Positions 30,424-39,690 of a stretch of DNA of 64,000 nt are shown here, piece by piece. Both the position numbers and the translations under genes were made by a program. Within the stretch, counting starts at the first letter, position 1. The number at the start of each line of letters is the position of its first letter. Source of the stretch: Oscillospiraceae bacterium (lineage in GTDB: Bacteria > Bacillota > Clostridia > Oscillospirales > Oscillospiraceae); assembly GCA_015068235.1 (NCBI GenBank), contig SVKY01000001.1, positions 5,660-69,659 on the forward strand, given 5' to 3'. The notes under the pieces are model-generated. The model was not told the DNA's origin, ran no database searches, and saw only the letters and a list, made by a program, of their open reading frames with translations.

Positions 30424-30846
30424 ATGAAACACAACAAGTTCAAAAGAATTTCGACAATCCTTCTGTGTTTGGCAGCAATTACGGCTATGCTGCTCACAGG
30501 CTGCGTCGATGAAGTCGCCTTGACAGAGGCTGCCACGTTGAGCAATCAGCTTGGCGAAGGTGCAACTGCTTTTACGCTGTGCGTGATCGGCACAGACGGA
30601 AAAGAACAGCAATTCGAGATCCGTACAGACGAAACCACTGTTGGTGACGCTCTGACCAAGGTCGGAATGATCGAAGGAGAGCAAAGCGATTACGGCTTGT
30701 ATATCAAGACCGTGAACGGTGAGACCTTGGATTATGACACCGATGGTAAATATTGGGCGTTTTATATTGGCGAAGAATACGCTATGACGGGTGTGGACTC
30801 GACCGAGATCGTCGAAGGGCAAACCTACACACTCAAGGCAGAATAA
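30424..30846 (+). CDS. DUF4430 (transcobalamin-like) lipoprotein
   Basis: Lipobox LLTGC, and a C-terminus YWAFYIGEEYAMTGVDSTEIVEGQTYTLKAE typical of DUF4430. It sits directly behind the B12 riboswitch. Confidence 0.7.
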   Translation: MKHNKFKRISTILLCLAAITAMLLTGCVDEVALTEAATLSNQLGEGATAFTLCVIGTDGKEQQFEIRTDETTVGDALTKVGMIEGEQSDYGLYIKTVNGETLDYDTDGKYWAFYIGEEYAMTGVDSTEIVEGQTYTLKAE

Positions 30847-30855
30847 CCGAACGAT

Positions 30856-30888
30856 TATCGAGACCGTTTTTTTGCGGTCTCGATTTTT
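30856..30888 (+). terminator. Rho-independent terminator
   Basis: ATCGAGACCG / CGGTCTCGAT stem, then TTTTTT. Confidence 0.8.
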
Positions 30889-30947
30889 TATGTCTATTTT
30901 ACACCCCGAGCGCATAGCTTGTATCATCAAGAAAAAGGAGGAGCAAT

Positions 30948-31334
30948 ATGCGCAGAAGAGGGAAGAGGGGAAGCCGTAATATTATCACGCAGCTTTTGGT
31001 CGCAATGCCACTGCTGACATTTTTGCTTGCGTTTGTATGTGCGAAAATGATCGTCAGCGAAATCCTACGGGAAGAGAGCATTATGCCGTGTGTTTACACG
31101 ATCGTTGGATTCACTTCATTTTTAGCATGCTTATATTGTGCAATACGAATGCCGCAGAAGAAAGCTCTGTGGGGCATCGCTACTGCAGGTGTCTATGCCG
31201 CGATGCTGCTACTTGGCAATCTACTGTTTTTCGGAGTAGGCTACGGTCAGATATTACCGATCATCTTGACCGTATTGGGTGCAGGATTCGTTGCAAGTAT
31301 GCTCGGTGCAATGAAGCGCCGTAAATATGCCTAA
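30948..31334 (+). CDS. Small four-TM membrane protein (TIGR04086-like guess)
   Basis: The hydrophobicity pattern only. Confidence 0.4.
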   Translation: MRRRGKRGSRNIITQLLVAMPLLTFLLAFVCAKMIVSEILREESIMPCVYTIVGFTSFLACLYCAIRMPQKKALWGIATAGVYAAMLLLGNLLFFGVGYGQILPIILTVLGAGFVASMLGAMKRRKYA

Positions 31335-31535
31335 ATTGATTTTGGACAATTGCAAGAAAACTTGCATGACGAAAAAGCGCAAGGTTTTGTGGAACGGACA
31401 AACGGAAACACCATATCTTGATCGCGCATCTCAAAGCAGAAACATAAATATCATTTTGGTTACGCAGTTTACATAACAAAGTTAACATAATATATGTGCA
31501 TAATCAACAAATTTTTACAAAATCACAAAAAAGTA

Positions 31536-31564
31536 TTGATATTCTTAGATTTTTGCGCTATAGT
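31536..31564 (+). promoter_or_regulatory. Near-consensus sigma-A promoter about 190 nt upstream of xerD
   Basis: TTGATA, 17-nt spacer, TATAGT. Confidence 0.5.
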
Positions 31565-31750
31565 ATCATTTGTACGCTTCAGAAAGTTGGTAGAAATAAT
31601 ATTTTTGCTATAACTTGTGATTCGTTTTATTGCAGACACAAGATATTGTTTTTTACCGATCTTTTGACTGAAATCGCTTTTTGCTGATAGGAATTGCGAC
31701 TGCGTTTTGTCGAATTTGTAACTTTTGTAATTTTTGTGAGGAACTGTATT

Positions 31751-32635
31751 ATGGCTGATCTTGTGACTGCATATGAAAACTTTCTTTTGAATATTAAGCA
31801 CGCTTCAGCCAATACGGTGGCTTCCTACATGCGTGATATTCGCCAATTCAGCGACTATATCTTAAATATTGAGGATTCTGATTTGCAGAGTGTTGAGCGT
31901 GAGTCGATCTGTTCCTACACACAATACCTTGCAAACCGAGGCAAGTCTTCCGCTACCATTGCACGCTCCATCGCCTCGCTCAAGAGCTTCTACAGTTACT
32001 GTTGCAATGATGGCTTTGTCCGAACAAATCCCGTTCATGAGATCCCGCAGCAAAAATCAGAAAAAAAGCTGCCGCAGATCTTAAGCGGCAGGGAAGTTGA
32101 GCTCCTGTTAGAGCAACCGAAGTGTACGGATCTGAAGGGCTTCCGCGACAAAGCAATGCTTGAAACGCTCTACGCAACCGGTATGAGAGTGAGTGAGATG
32201 ATTGCATTAAACGTTTCTGATGTCAGTATTTCCGGCTCCTTTATCAAATGTGAAGGAAACGGAAAGTTCCGCATTATTCCCTTATATCCGGCGGCTGTCA
32301 GAGCACTGAGTACATATTTGAATGACATTCGCCCCAAAATGGTCTCCGGACCGCAGGAAGAGGCTTTGTTCTTAAATATGAGCGGTGATCGCATGACCCG
32401 TCAGGGCTTTTGGAAGATTATTAAGCATTATCAGGAGTCTGCGCAGATCAGCAAGGACATCACGCCGCACACACTCAGACACAGTTTTGCAGCGCATCTT
32501 TTGGAAAATGGAGCGGATCTGCATTCGCTTCAGGAAATGCTCGGTCATAGCGATATTTCTTCAACCCAGATTTATACACAGGTTGTTAAGCAAAATTTGA
32601 AGACCGTTTATAAAAAGTTTCACCCGAGAGCATGA
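31751..32635 (+). CDS. xerD: Tyrosine recombinase XerD-like
   Basis: MADLVTAYENFLLNIKHASANTVASYMRD, ATGMRVSE and HTLRHSFAAHLLENGADLHSLQEMLGHSDISSTQIYT. Confidence 0.8.
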   Translation: MADLVTAYENFLLNIKHASANTVASYMRDIRQFSDYILNIEDSDLQSVERESICSYTQYLANRGKSSATIARSIASLKSFYSYCCNDGFVRTNPVHEIPQQKSEKKLPQILSGREVELLLEQPKCTDLKGFRDKAMLETLYATGMRVSEMIALNVSDVSISGSFIKCEGNGKFRIIPLYPAAVRALSTYLNDIRPKMVSGPQEEALFLNMSGDRMTRQGFWKIIKHYQESAQISKDITPHTLRHSFAAHLLENGADLHSLQEMLGHSDISSTQIYTQVVKQNLKTVYKKFHPRA

Positions 32636-32695
32636 TGGCAGGCGAGGATTCGTTTGCTGTTCATAAGAAGAAACGCAGTCCGTTTGGGCTGCGTT

Positions 32696-33334
32696 TCATT
32701 TTATAAACTCATATAATTCAGCAGGGGAATGCGCAATCTTCTCAGCACCGTTTGCGAAAAGCTGCTTTTCGCTACGATAGCCCCATGTGACACAGATACA
32801 TGGAATCTTTGCATTTTTTGCAGTTAAAACATCGACTTCACTGTCGCCGATATAGATCGCATCATTGCCAAAAGTCTTCATGCAGGCTCTGGCCATATCC
32901 GGAGATGGCTTTTTTGCATTTCGATCGGATTCGCCCAGTGCAAGATCAATCAGACCGTCGAAGTATTTTTCCTTTAAGGTCTGCACAAGCCCGTGCGCTT
33001 TGTTTGACACAATGCAGAGCGTATGACCATCGGATTTCAACTGATGCAGAAGCTCGATGATCCCATGATACGGCTTGGTTTGATCCATGCAATGGAGGGT
33101 GTAGTAACGCTTCATTTCTTGCAATGCAAGTGCTTCAACATCTAAAGAAGTACCCGATGGAAGGGAGCGATGCATCAGCATTTTTAGTCCATCACCGACA
33201 GCGGCACAAATTTCTTCCGTCGTTTTTGTTGGAAAACTGAACTTTTTCAGCGAGAAATTGACAGCTGTTCTCAAATCCTCCAAGGTATATAGTAGCGTTC
33301 CGTCCAAATCAAAAATCAAATTCATCTGTTTCAC
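32696..33334 (-). CDS. HAD-superfamily hydrolase (phosphoglycolate-phosphatase-like)
   Basis: Motif I FDLDGTL, VSNK and GDSEVD. Confidence 0.8.
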   Translation of the reverse strand: MKQMNLIFDLDGTLLYTLEDLRTAVNFSLKKFSFPTKTTEEICAAVGDGLKMLMHRSLPSGTSLDVEALALQEMKRYYTLHCMDQTKPYHGIIELLHQLKSDGHTLCIVSNKAHGLVQTLKEKYFDGLIDLALGESDRNAKKPSPDMARACMKTFGNDAIYIGDSEVDVLTAKNAKIPCICVTWGYRSEKQLFANGAEKIAHSPAELYEFIK

Positions 33335-34310
33335 TCTTTTCTATATGCGACAGCGGATTTGCCTCTGCCGCAATTTTCAGCTCAGTATTCTCAATATGTG
33401 TATAAATTTCCGTTGTGTTCAAATGCTCGTGCCCCAAAACCTCCTGCACAGTTTTGATGTCAACGCCGTTTCCTACCATCAAAGTTGCAGCTGTATGCCG
33501 CAGCTTGTGCGCAGAATACTGGCTTGCATCCAAGCCGGCTGCAAGCATATGCTTTTCCACGATCCTATGAACCGCTGTAACACTGATACGCATATGTTTT
33601 TGTGAGACAAAAAGGGCTTTTTCCTCCGGCAAGACCATCTGACTGCGCACAGGAAGATAGCTGTCGATCGCAGCTTTGCACGCTGAACCGAAATAAACAA
33701 TTCGTTCTTTATTACCTTTGCCTTTGACACGCACTCTGTCATCGTAAACGTCAGAAATGTTTAGATCAACCAACTCCGAACGGCGAATACCGCAATTCAA
33801 AAACAGCATCAAAATCGCATAGTCCCGTTTCTCGTGTTTCCCTTGAACAGCACTTAAAAGTCGTTTAGATTCCTCTAAAGTTAAGTATTTTGGCAGAGAT
33901 TTTCGAATTTTCGGAAACTCCACATCCTTTACAGGATTGACTGTCAATTGCTTGGTTCGGACCGTCAAATATTTATAGAAGGATTTGATCGCTGATAGCT
34001 TTCTTGCTCTGGCAGCTGAGCCAATGCCGTGCCTATCGTTATTTTCTCGATCATTTGCCAAATAAGAAAGAAAGTCGAAAATATCAGTTATAGTGATTCT
34101 CTCAATAAAACCTAAGTCGATCTGCTTAATGTTGATCTCATCCAAATCTGTGTGATACGGCATTTCCTTTCGCATTAACATCACAAAACGAAGAAACATA
34201 CGAATATCAAGATAGTATTCACTGATCGTCTTTTGAGATTGACCTTTGATTGTCTCATGATAGGACAGAAATTCTCTTAAAATTTGAGGGGCGTCAGAAT
34301 AGGATTGCAT
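33309..34310 (-). CDS. Tyrosine recombinase XerC-like / site-specific integrase
   Basis: NCGIRRSEL and HKLRHTAATLMVGNGVDIKTVQEVLGHEHLNTTEIYTH. Confidence 0.75.
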   Translation of the reverse strand: MQSYSDAPQILREFLSYHETIKGQSQKTISEYYLDIRMFLRFVMLMRKEMPYHTDLDEINIKQIDLGFIERITITDIFDFLSYLANDRENNDRHGIGSAARARKLSAIKSFYKYLTVRTKQLTVNPVKDVEFPKIRKSLPKYLTLEESKRLLSAVQGKHEKRDYAILMLFLNCGIRRSELVDLNISDVYDDRVRVKGKGNKERIVYFGSACKAAIDSYLPVRSQMVLPEEKALFVSQKHMRISVTAVHRIVEKHMLAAGLDASQYSAHKLRHTAATLMVGNGVDIKTVQEVLGHEHLNTTEIYTHIENTELKIAAEANPLSHIEKSETDEFDF

Positions 34311-34323
34311 ATATTTTCACCGC

Positions 34324-35082
34324 TTATTCAAAAATATACTCTGCGTTCAATGTCAGCTCGTCATCGTTACCCTCATCAACATGCAAGCTTCTTGTAAAAC
34401 TATATCCCATATTTTCCAAACATAGCTCCAAAAAACACAGAAAGATTCCAATATCGATCCGATTGTAAAACGACACGCGCGCAGCCGGCATAATTCCACG
34501 TTTTCCCAACTTTTTATAGCGAAATACTTTCAGGAAATTTTCCTCTCTCTTTACAAACCAGGGTTGCGTATTGCATGCACTCGGTGCAAATCGAACGAGT
34601 TCGGAAACACCGTCCAACACTTCACCATCCCAAATTTCATGTAAGCCTTTTCTCTTGCTCTTAAACATATCTTTACGGAATTTTGTTTCATCATTGATCT
34701 TACGAATCGCAAGCATGATCACAAAGTCAAGCCCATCATATCTGACTTCCTCTGTTTTTCCGATTCCAAACCAAAGCGCACCGATATTTCTTGAAGTCAA
34801 ATAGAGGTCTAATTGTTCGCCAATATAGCCGATATTTTGCAGGTAATTCGGCTTTTTCTCACTATATAGAAGAATGCAATATTCCTGACCACGTTTGCAG
34901 GACGTCTCAGAAGAGGGGAGGACCCTGATCGCAGTTCGGATTGTTGCGTCCAGGACAGAAAAATTCTGAAATTCTTGCAGAATATCATTAATTTCCTGCG
35001 CAGATATCGTAGATTCTCCGCAATTTCTAAATAAATGAAACGATTTTCTTTTGAAAATTTGTTGATATAATAAAGAATTCAT
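34324..35082 (-). CDS. Nitroreductase family protein
   Basis: RKSFHLF at the N-terminus and APSACNTQPWFV, the nitroreductase motif. Confidence 0.7.
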   Translation of the reverse strand: MNSLLYQQIFKRKSFHLFRNCGESTISAQEINDILQEFQNFSVLDATIRTAIRVLPSSETSCKRGQEYCILLYSEKKPNYLQNIGYIGEQLDLYLTSRNIGALWFGIGKTEEVRYDGLDFVIMLAIRKINDETKFRKDMFKSKRKGLHEIWDGEVLDGVSELVRFAPSACNTQPWFVKREENFLKVFRYKKLGKRGIMPAARVSFYNRIDIGIFLCFLELCLENMGYSFTRSLHVDEGNDDELTLNAEYIFE

Positions 35083-35648
35083 ATCGTCACCCCAAAATAA
35101 GAATTATTATCGTTATGATATTTTTTTACAAATGTTTACACTTTGTTGTGAAGGATAGATACACTCAGAATATCAAAAGCCAGTTTTGGTTCAACGCTTT
35201 TCATAAATATCTAAGCCTGACCTTAGCGAGACTATAATGACAGCACGATTCTTTGCTATGTGATTGATCAAATTCTAAAATTGTGCTTTATCTCATTTCG
35301 CAGGGGTCATTTGCTTAGGAGGTTTCTTTTTGCTATGCATTATATTTCTTATCTTAAAATGTTTTAACATATCCGAGATCAGAAAAGATGATCGAAACAT
35401 TTTATATACTTGAAGAATGCAAGACAGTGTAGAAATAATGTCATTGTAAAGATCATCGCTGAACGCATGCGCCGCTGTTACACATTGGCGCATGCCGAGG
35501 CAGCTTTTTCTGATTTTTGCTGTGGAATCTCATATTCAGAAAGAAGTCATTGCAAACGCTTCATTTGCACTAAATCCGTTTTGCGTTCAATCTTTGCCAA
35601 ATACTCCATAAAAACTTCTTCCTGTCATTATTATATCACAACCAAACC

Positions 35649-35685
35649 AAAAACGCAACAAAATTTTTATTTTGTTGCGTTTTTG
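35649..35685. terminator. Bidirectional terminator downstream of the ferredoxin gene
   Basis: AAAAACGCAACAAAAT / ATTTTGTTGCGTTTTT. Confidence 0.7.
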
Positions 35686-35867
35686 AAATTGCTATAAATT
35701 TATTTTTAGGTTATCACCTTTCGCAAGGATAACCATTGAAAGGCAACTGTGATACAGGTTCGACGGATATGATCATGATGGTTCGTGGCGCACTGTTTCC
35801 CGGCAAGAAGTTCTGTGACGCTGAATATCAAGTGCAGTATGTCATTCCCCACAACCGTGAAAGTTTA

Positions 35868-36620
35868 TTAAATGTTCCGATCATCTTTTCCGATTTCGGA
35901 TTCATTGATATTTGGATTGATATATCGGTCTCGTTTCTTTTTATTTTTATAATGAATGGCTTTTTGCGGGCATCTGTGATAGCAGCCCAAGCAAGCAACG
36001 CATTGATCGGAAAATACGATCTTCCCTTCTTGTATCGAAATATTTTCTGAAGGGCAAAGCTTTATACACTTCCCACAAAGCGTACATGCTTCTGTTGCCG
36101 AAAAATCCTTTGCAATCAAATGCCAATTCGCCTTATTTTTCAAATATATTTCCTTCTTCGTCTTGCCTTCTTTTGGGATCAGAGTTGCACCGTTCTTTAA
36201 TTGTGCTATGATTTCATGCAGCATTTTTGGTGCTTTTTTCAATATCGATTTCATGTAGAATTTCGGTACGGTGAAAGTCAATGTATAATTCTCGGGCATT
36301 TTGAGTGAAAAAACACTGCGAATGTATATGCCACACTCTTTCGCATATTCATAGGCAAAACGATCGGCATTCCCTAACATTCCACCAAAATTTAGCACGA
36401 TATCGACGATACAATCATGGTTTAGCTTTGGCATCAGCTCATAAACATGCTTTGGCAGCCCCCACGAATATACCGGCGAAACAATGATCAATCTCTCAAA
36501 TTCCGAAGCATCTCCGTGATAATTCGGAAGATAAATTATTTCACCGCCAAGTTCGGATTTTATCTGTTTTGCGATGAAAAGACTGTTTCCGGTTGAAGAA
36601 AAGTACAATATTCCTATCAT
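35868..36620 (-). CDS. EFR1-type flavodoxin-like domain fused to a 2x[4Fe-4S] ferredoxin
   Basis: ILYFSSTGNS flavodoxin start, plus CTLCGKCIKLCP and CVACLGCYHRCP clusters. The ORF-track start at 36647 would overlap gluQ by 17 nt. Confidence 0.65.
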   Translation of the reverse strand: MIGILYFSSTGNSLFIAKQIKSELGGEIIYLPNYHGDASEFERLIIVSPVYSWGLPKHVYELMPKLNHDCIVDIVLNFGGMLGNADRFAYEYAKECGIYIRSVFSLKMPENYTLTFTVPKFYMKSILKKAPKMLHEIIAQLKNGATLIPKEGKTKKEIYLKNKANWHLIAKDFSATEACTLCGKCIKLCPSENISIQEGKIVFSDQCVACLGCYHRCPQKAIHYKNKKKRDRYINPNINESEIGKDDRNI

Positions 36621-36630
36621 AATTATATCC

Positions 36631-37518
36631 TTAAAAGTTATCATCAATCACAATTGGCGCTCTTGATACATGGTTCCAATGGAAGTCTTTGCACAGATCC
36701 TTCGGCAGAATCGGATCAGGCGTGTTTCTCAGCTTAGCATGGTAAGCAAGCTTACCGATCAATTCTTCTGCGCACATGTGATTTTTAAGATGTGAGATAT
36801 CAAGATCCTTTTCACGCTTGGAAAGTCTCCTTCCGTCCGGCGCAACGAGGAGCGGCACATGATAAAACTGCGGCACTTGAAAGCCTAATTGCTGATACAA
36901 CCAAATCTGCGCCGGCGTAGACGAAAGCAAATCATTTCCACGGACAACCTGTGTTACAGCGCCAAGTGCGTCATCGCAGACAACCGCCAACTGATAGGCA
37001 TAAACGCCATCTGAGCGTCTGAGAATAAAGTCCCCCCACTCAGCACGCAAATTCTGAGTTACTTTTCCACACAAGCCGTCATGAAACTCGATGACGCTGT
37101 CATCCAGTGCAACACGCCATGCAGGTGTACGCTGTTTATATTCTGACGGGGATAGATTCCTGCAAGTGCCTGCATACACCGTTCGTCCGTCCGAAGCATG
37201 CGGGGCATTTGCGCTGTGCAGTTCATTTCGGGTGCAAAAGCACGGATAGGTCGGCAAGCGTGAAAAATAATCGGTATAAATTTCCGTTCTTTGACTTTGA
37301 TATGGCATTTCCTCGTCCCAATCCAGACCTAACCAGCGCAAATCTTCATATATTGCATCTATGTATTCCCGTTTGCTGCGATCGGGATCCAAATCTTCAA
37401 TTCTCAAAAGCATTTTTCCGCCTTGGCTGCGCACTGACAGCCAAGCCATCAGTGCCGTGAAAATATTGCCTAAATGCATCCTCCCCGACGGGCTGGGGGC
37501 AAATCGTCCGATGATCAT
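36631..37518 (-). CDS. gluQ: tRNA glutamyl-Q(34) synthetase GluQRS
   Basis: GRFAPSPSGRMHLGN (HIGH-like), a truncated GluRS catalytic core of 295 aa, and LSKRE (KMSKS-like). Confidence 0.8.
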   Translation of the reverse strand: MIIGRFAPSPSGRMHLGNIFTALMAWLSVRSQGGKMLLRIEDLDPDRSKREYIDAIYEDLRWLGLDWDEEMPYQSQRTEIYTDYFSRLPTYPCFCTRNELHSANAPHASDGRTVYAGTCRNLSPSEYKQRTPAWRVALDDSVIEFHDGLCGKVTQNLRAEWGDFILRRSDGVYAYQLAVVCDDALGAVTQVVRGNDLLSSTPAQIWLYQQLGFQVPQFYHVPLLVAPDGRRLSKREKDLDISHLKNHMCAEELIGKLAYHAKLRNTPDPILPKDLCKDFHWNHVSRAPIVIDDNF

Positions 37519-38420
37519 TGTTTCACCACATTTCGAAGCGGTTTTTCTTCAAGATATTTTTTCAAATTCTCAGTGCAAATCTTCCAAATGCGATCCTCCG
37601 TATCCTGCAAATGTCCCATGCTGACACCTGCCACATGCGGTGTGATGATCACATTGTCCATCGTCCAAAGCTTATGCTCTCTCGGCAGAGGCTCAGGAGT
37701 AACTACATCCAAACCAACACCGAAGAACTTCCCTTCCGACAAAAGCAATTCCAAGGCATCTGTATCGATCAAGCTGCCACGACCAACATTGACAAGAATT
37801 GCGTCATCCTTCATTAGGCGCAGGCGTTCTTCGTTGAAATAGCCCTTCGTCTGTTCGTTGTGCGGAAGCGCACACAAAACGAAATCCGCTTCCGGCAAGA
37901 AAGCTGCGGCATTTTCCAAGTTGGTTCGTCCGTCAAACCCTTCACGCTTGCTCCGCAAATCACGGCAAACGCCGATGGTACGTACTCCAAGCAATTTTAA
38001 GCGCTTGGCAATGACGGTGCCGATATCACCTGCGCCGTAGATCAGCGCAGTTGCACCACTCACCTGCTTTTCACAGCCGAGATCTTCCCAATCGTTTCTA
38101 CGAGTATATGCCGGTAGTCTCCTGCATAAGGAAAACAACATTGCGAGTGCATGCTCTGCGATCGTCTCGCCAAAAGCGCCCGAAGCTGTCGTTAAAATCA
38201 CATTTTCGGGAAAGCAATCTATATATCGATCAGCACCTGCCCAGGTCATTTGCAGCCATTTTAACTTCTTCGCTTGTGCCAATTCCTCGTGCGTTGGTTC
38301 GCCGACGATGATCTCAGCTTCTTCGATCTGTGTCGTTTCTTGCAGACCATCAGCTGCACGTAAAAATTCATCGCTTGCATTGCCGGAAAGTATCATATAT
38401 TTTCTCATTGTTTTCTCCAT
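37515..38420 (-). CDS. D-isomer-specific 2-hydroxyacid dehydrogenase
   Basis: NAD fold IYGAGDIGTVIAKRL, NVGRGSLID and ITPHVAG. Confidence 0.8.
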   Translation of the reverse strand: MEKTMRKYMILSGNASDEFLRAADGLQETTQIEEAEIIVGEPTHEELAQAKKLKWLQMTWAGADRYIDCFPENVILTTASGAFGETIAEHALAMLFSLCRRLPAYTRRNDWEDLGCEKQVSGATALIYGAGDIGTVIAKRLKLLGVRTIGVCRDLRSKREGFDGRTNLENAAAFLPEADFVLCALPHNEQTKGYFNEERLRLMKDDAILVNVGRGSLIDTDALELLLSEGKFFGVGLDVVTPEPLPREHKLWTMDNVIITPHVAGVSMGHLQDTEDRIWKICTENLKKYLEEKPLRNVVKQ

Positions 38421-39475
38421 CAGTAAGCAATATTCAGATCATCAAACCCAATCGGTTCTTTATATGGGTTAAAATACGAATTGAGCAGATCCAAATAATC
38501 TTCATCTGCATCAATACAGACATATTGACCGCTTAAATAGTAAGGTACTGTCGTCATCTTCATATCAGACGTACCGCAAAATAGCACGGACCACGCAAAC
38601 CACACAAAATTCCGTGTAGAAAGATTGGTGTCACAGTATTCCTCCAAAATATCGAGCACTTGCGGAATCTTTTTTATGTTTTTAACGGTCAGCCATTGAT
38701 CCATGGCTGCCACAACGAAATCACGCTGTACTCTGACACGCTCCAAATCCGCCATTGCATAACCGCTTCTAAATCGGACGAGCCACATCGCTTCTTTGCC
38801 GTTGAGTCTTTGTAAACCCGGCTGCAGATCGATATACAAATCATCCTCAGGCTCGGAGTGCTTCATTGCACAGGGTACATCAAAATCAATACCGCCAAAT
38901 AGCTCCACAAGCTCTATAATGCAATCCAAATCGATCAAAACGTACCCATCCGGCACAAATCCCACGCACTGCCTGACGTAGTCCATAAGCCAATACATTC
39001 CCTCTTCGCCGGTGCCGTTGGCGTGGTATGCCAAGTTGATCTTGTGTGGCTCATAGGTAGAGTTCACTTTCGTGTCTCTCGGGATGCTCATTAGATTGAT
39101 CTTGCCGTTTTCACGGTCGGCACATAAAAGCATTAACGTATCTGTACGCAACCCTGATTCGTCGGTACCTGCAATCAAAATGGTTGAAACATTGCTCTTG
39201 TGCCCCTGAGATTCATTTGGACAATCACTGTAAAAAGCCAAAAAGCCAATAAAGGCAATCAACAGCAACAGCACCGATCCAAAAAAGCCGATCATAAGCT
39301 TTAAGAAAATGTGCTTCTTTTTGCGCTTTGGCGCACAATATGGCTTGTACTCAGGTTCTTCGCTGACCACAATATCTTGTGGTTCGTATGGATAATCCTC
39401 ATAGAGCTTGTCTGCAAAGCCGCGCTCGTACGGGTCATCAAGCTGATTCGATCGATTGTTATGATATTCTGACAT
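38420..39475 (-). CDS. LCP (LytR-CpsA-Psr) family cell-wall glycopolymer transferase
   Basis: TM anchor, then ILIAGTDESGLRTDTLMLLCADRENGKINLMSIPRDT. Confidence 0.8.
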   Translation of the reverse strand: MSEYHNNRSNQLDDPYERGFADKLYEDYPYEPQDIVVSEEPEYKPYCAPKRKKKHIFLKLMIGFFGSVLLLLIAFIGFLAFYSDCPNESQGHKSNVSTILIAGTDESGLRTDTLMLLCADRENGKINLMSIPRDTKVNSTYEPHKINLAYHANGTGEEGMYWLMDYVRQCVGFVPDGYVLIDLDCIIELVELFGGIDFDVPCAMKHSEPEDDLYIDLQPGLQRLNGKEAMWLVRFRSGYAMADLERVRVQRDFVVAAMDQWLTVKNIKKIPQVLDILEEYCDTNLSTRNFVWFAWSVLFCGTSDMKMTTVPYYLSGQYVCIDADEDYLDLLNSYFNPYKEPIGFDDLNIAY

Positions 39476-39586
39476 TTTTTCATCACCTTACCTTATATTA
39501 TACTATAAAACTAATTTCATGTAAATATGATCGTCCGGGCAAAGAAAATATTTTTTATTTTTTTTCGAAAAAAGCAAAGAAAGCAG

Positions 39587-39615
39587 TTGACAATAATCGG
39601 TTTCTATGTTATCTT
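39587..39615 (+). promoter_or_regulatory. Sigma-A promoter of the nrdG-nrdD-trxB operon
   Basis: TTGACA, 17-nt spacer, TATCTT. Confidence 0.6.
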
Positions 39616-39619
39616 TTAG

Positions 39620-39667
39620 ACACAACATATTGTGTTTACATAAAAGCATTCCTACAATATATTCAAA
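39620..39667 (+). promoter_or_regulatory. Two NrdR boxes
   Basis: ACACAACATATTGTGT (39620-39635) and CTACAATATATTCAAA (39652-39667) have centres 32 bp apart. They match the NrdR palindrome acaCwAtATaTwGtgt and its usual tandem spacing. Confidence 0.65.
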
Positions 39668-39690
39668 ACACAATACTTTGGAGGGCTAAA

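Noticed and set aside
31751-34310. Integrative mobile element or prophage remnant, suggested by two tyrosine recombinase genes.
   Set aside because: Both look like housekeeping XerD/XerC-type recombinases. I found no phage, conjugation or cargo genes nearby, no flanking direct repeats and no tRNA gene.
35293-35697. 66-aa minus-strand and 95-aa plus-strand ORFs in the gene-poor gap.
   Set aside because: Neither has a convincing RBS or recognisable motifs. The two overlap each other. They are mentioned only within the low-interest finding for that gap.
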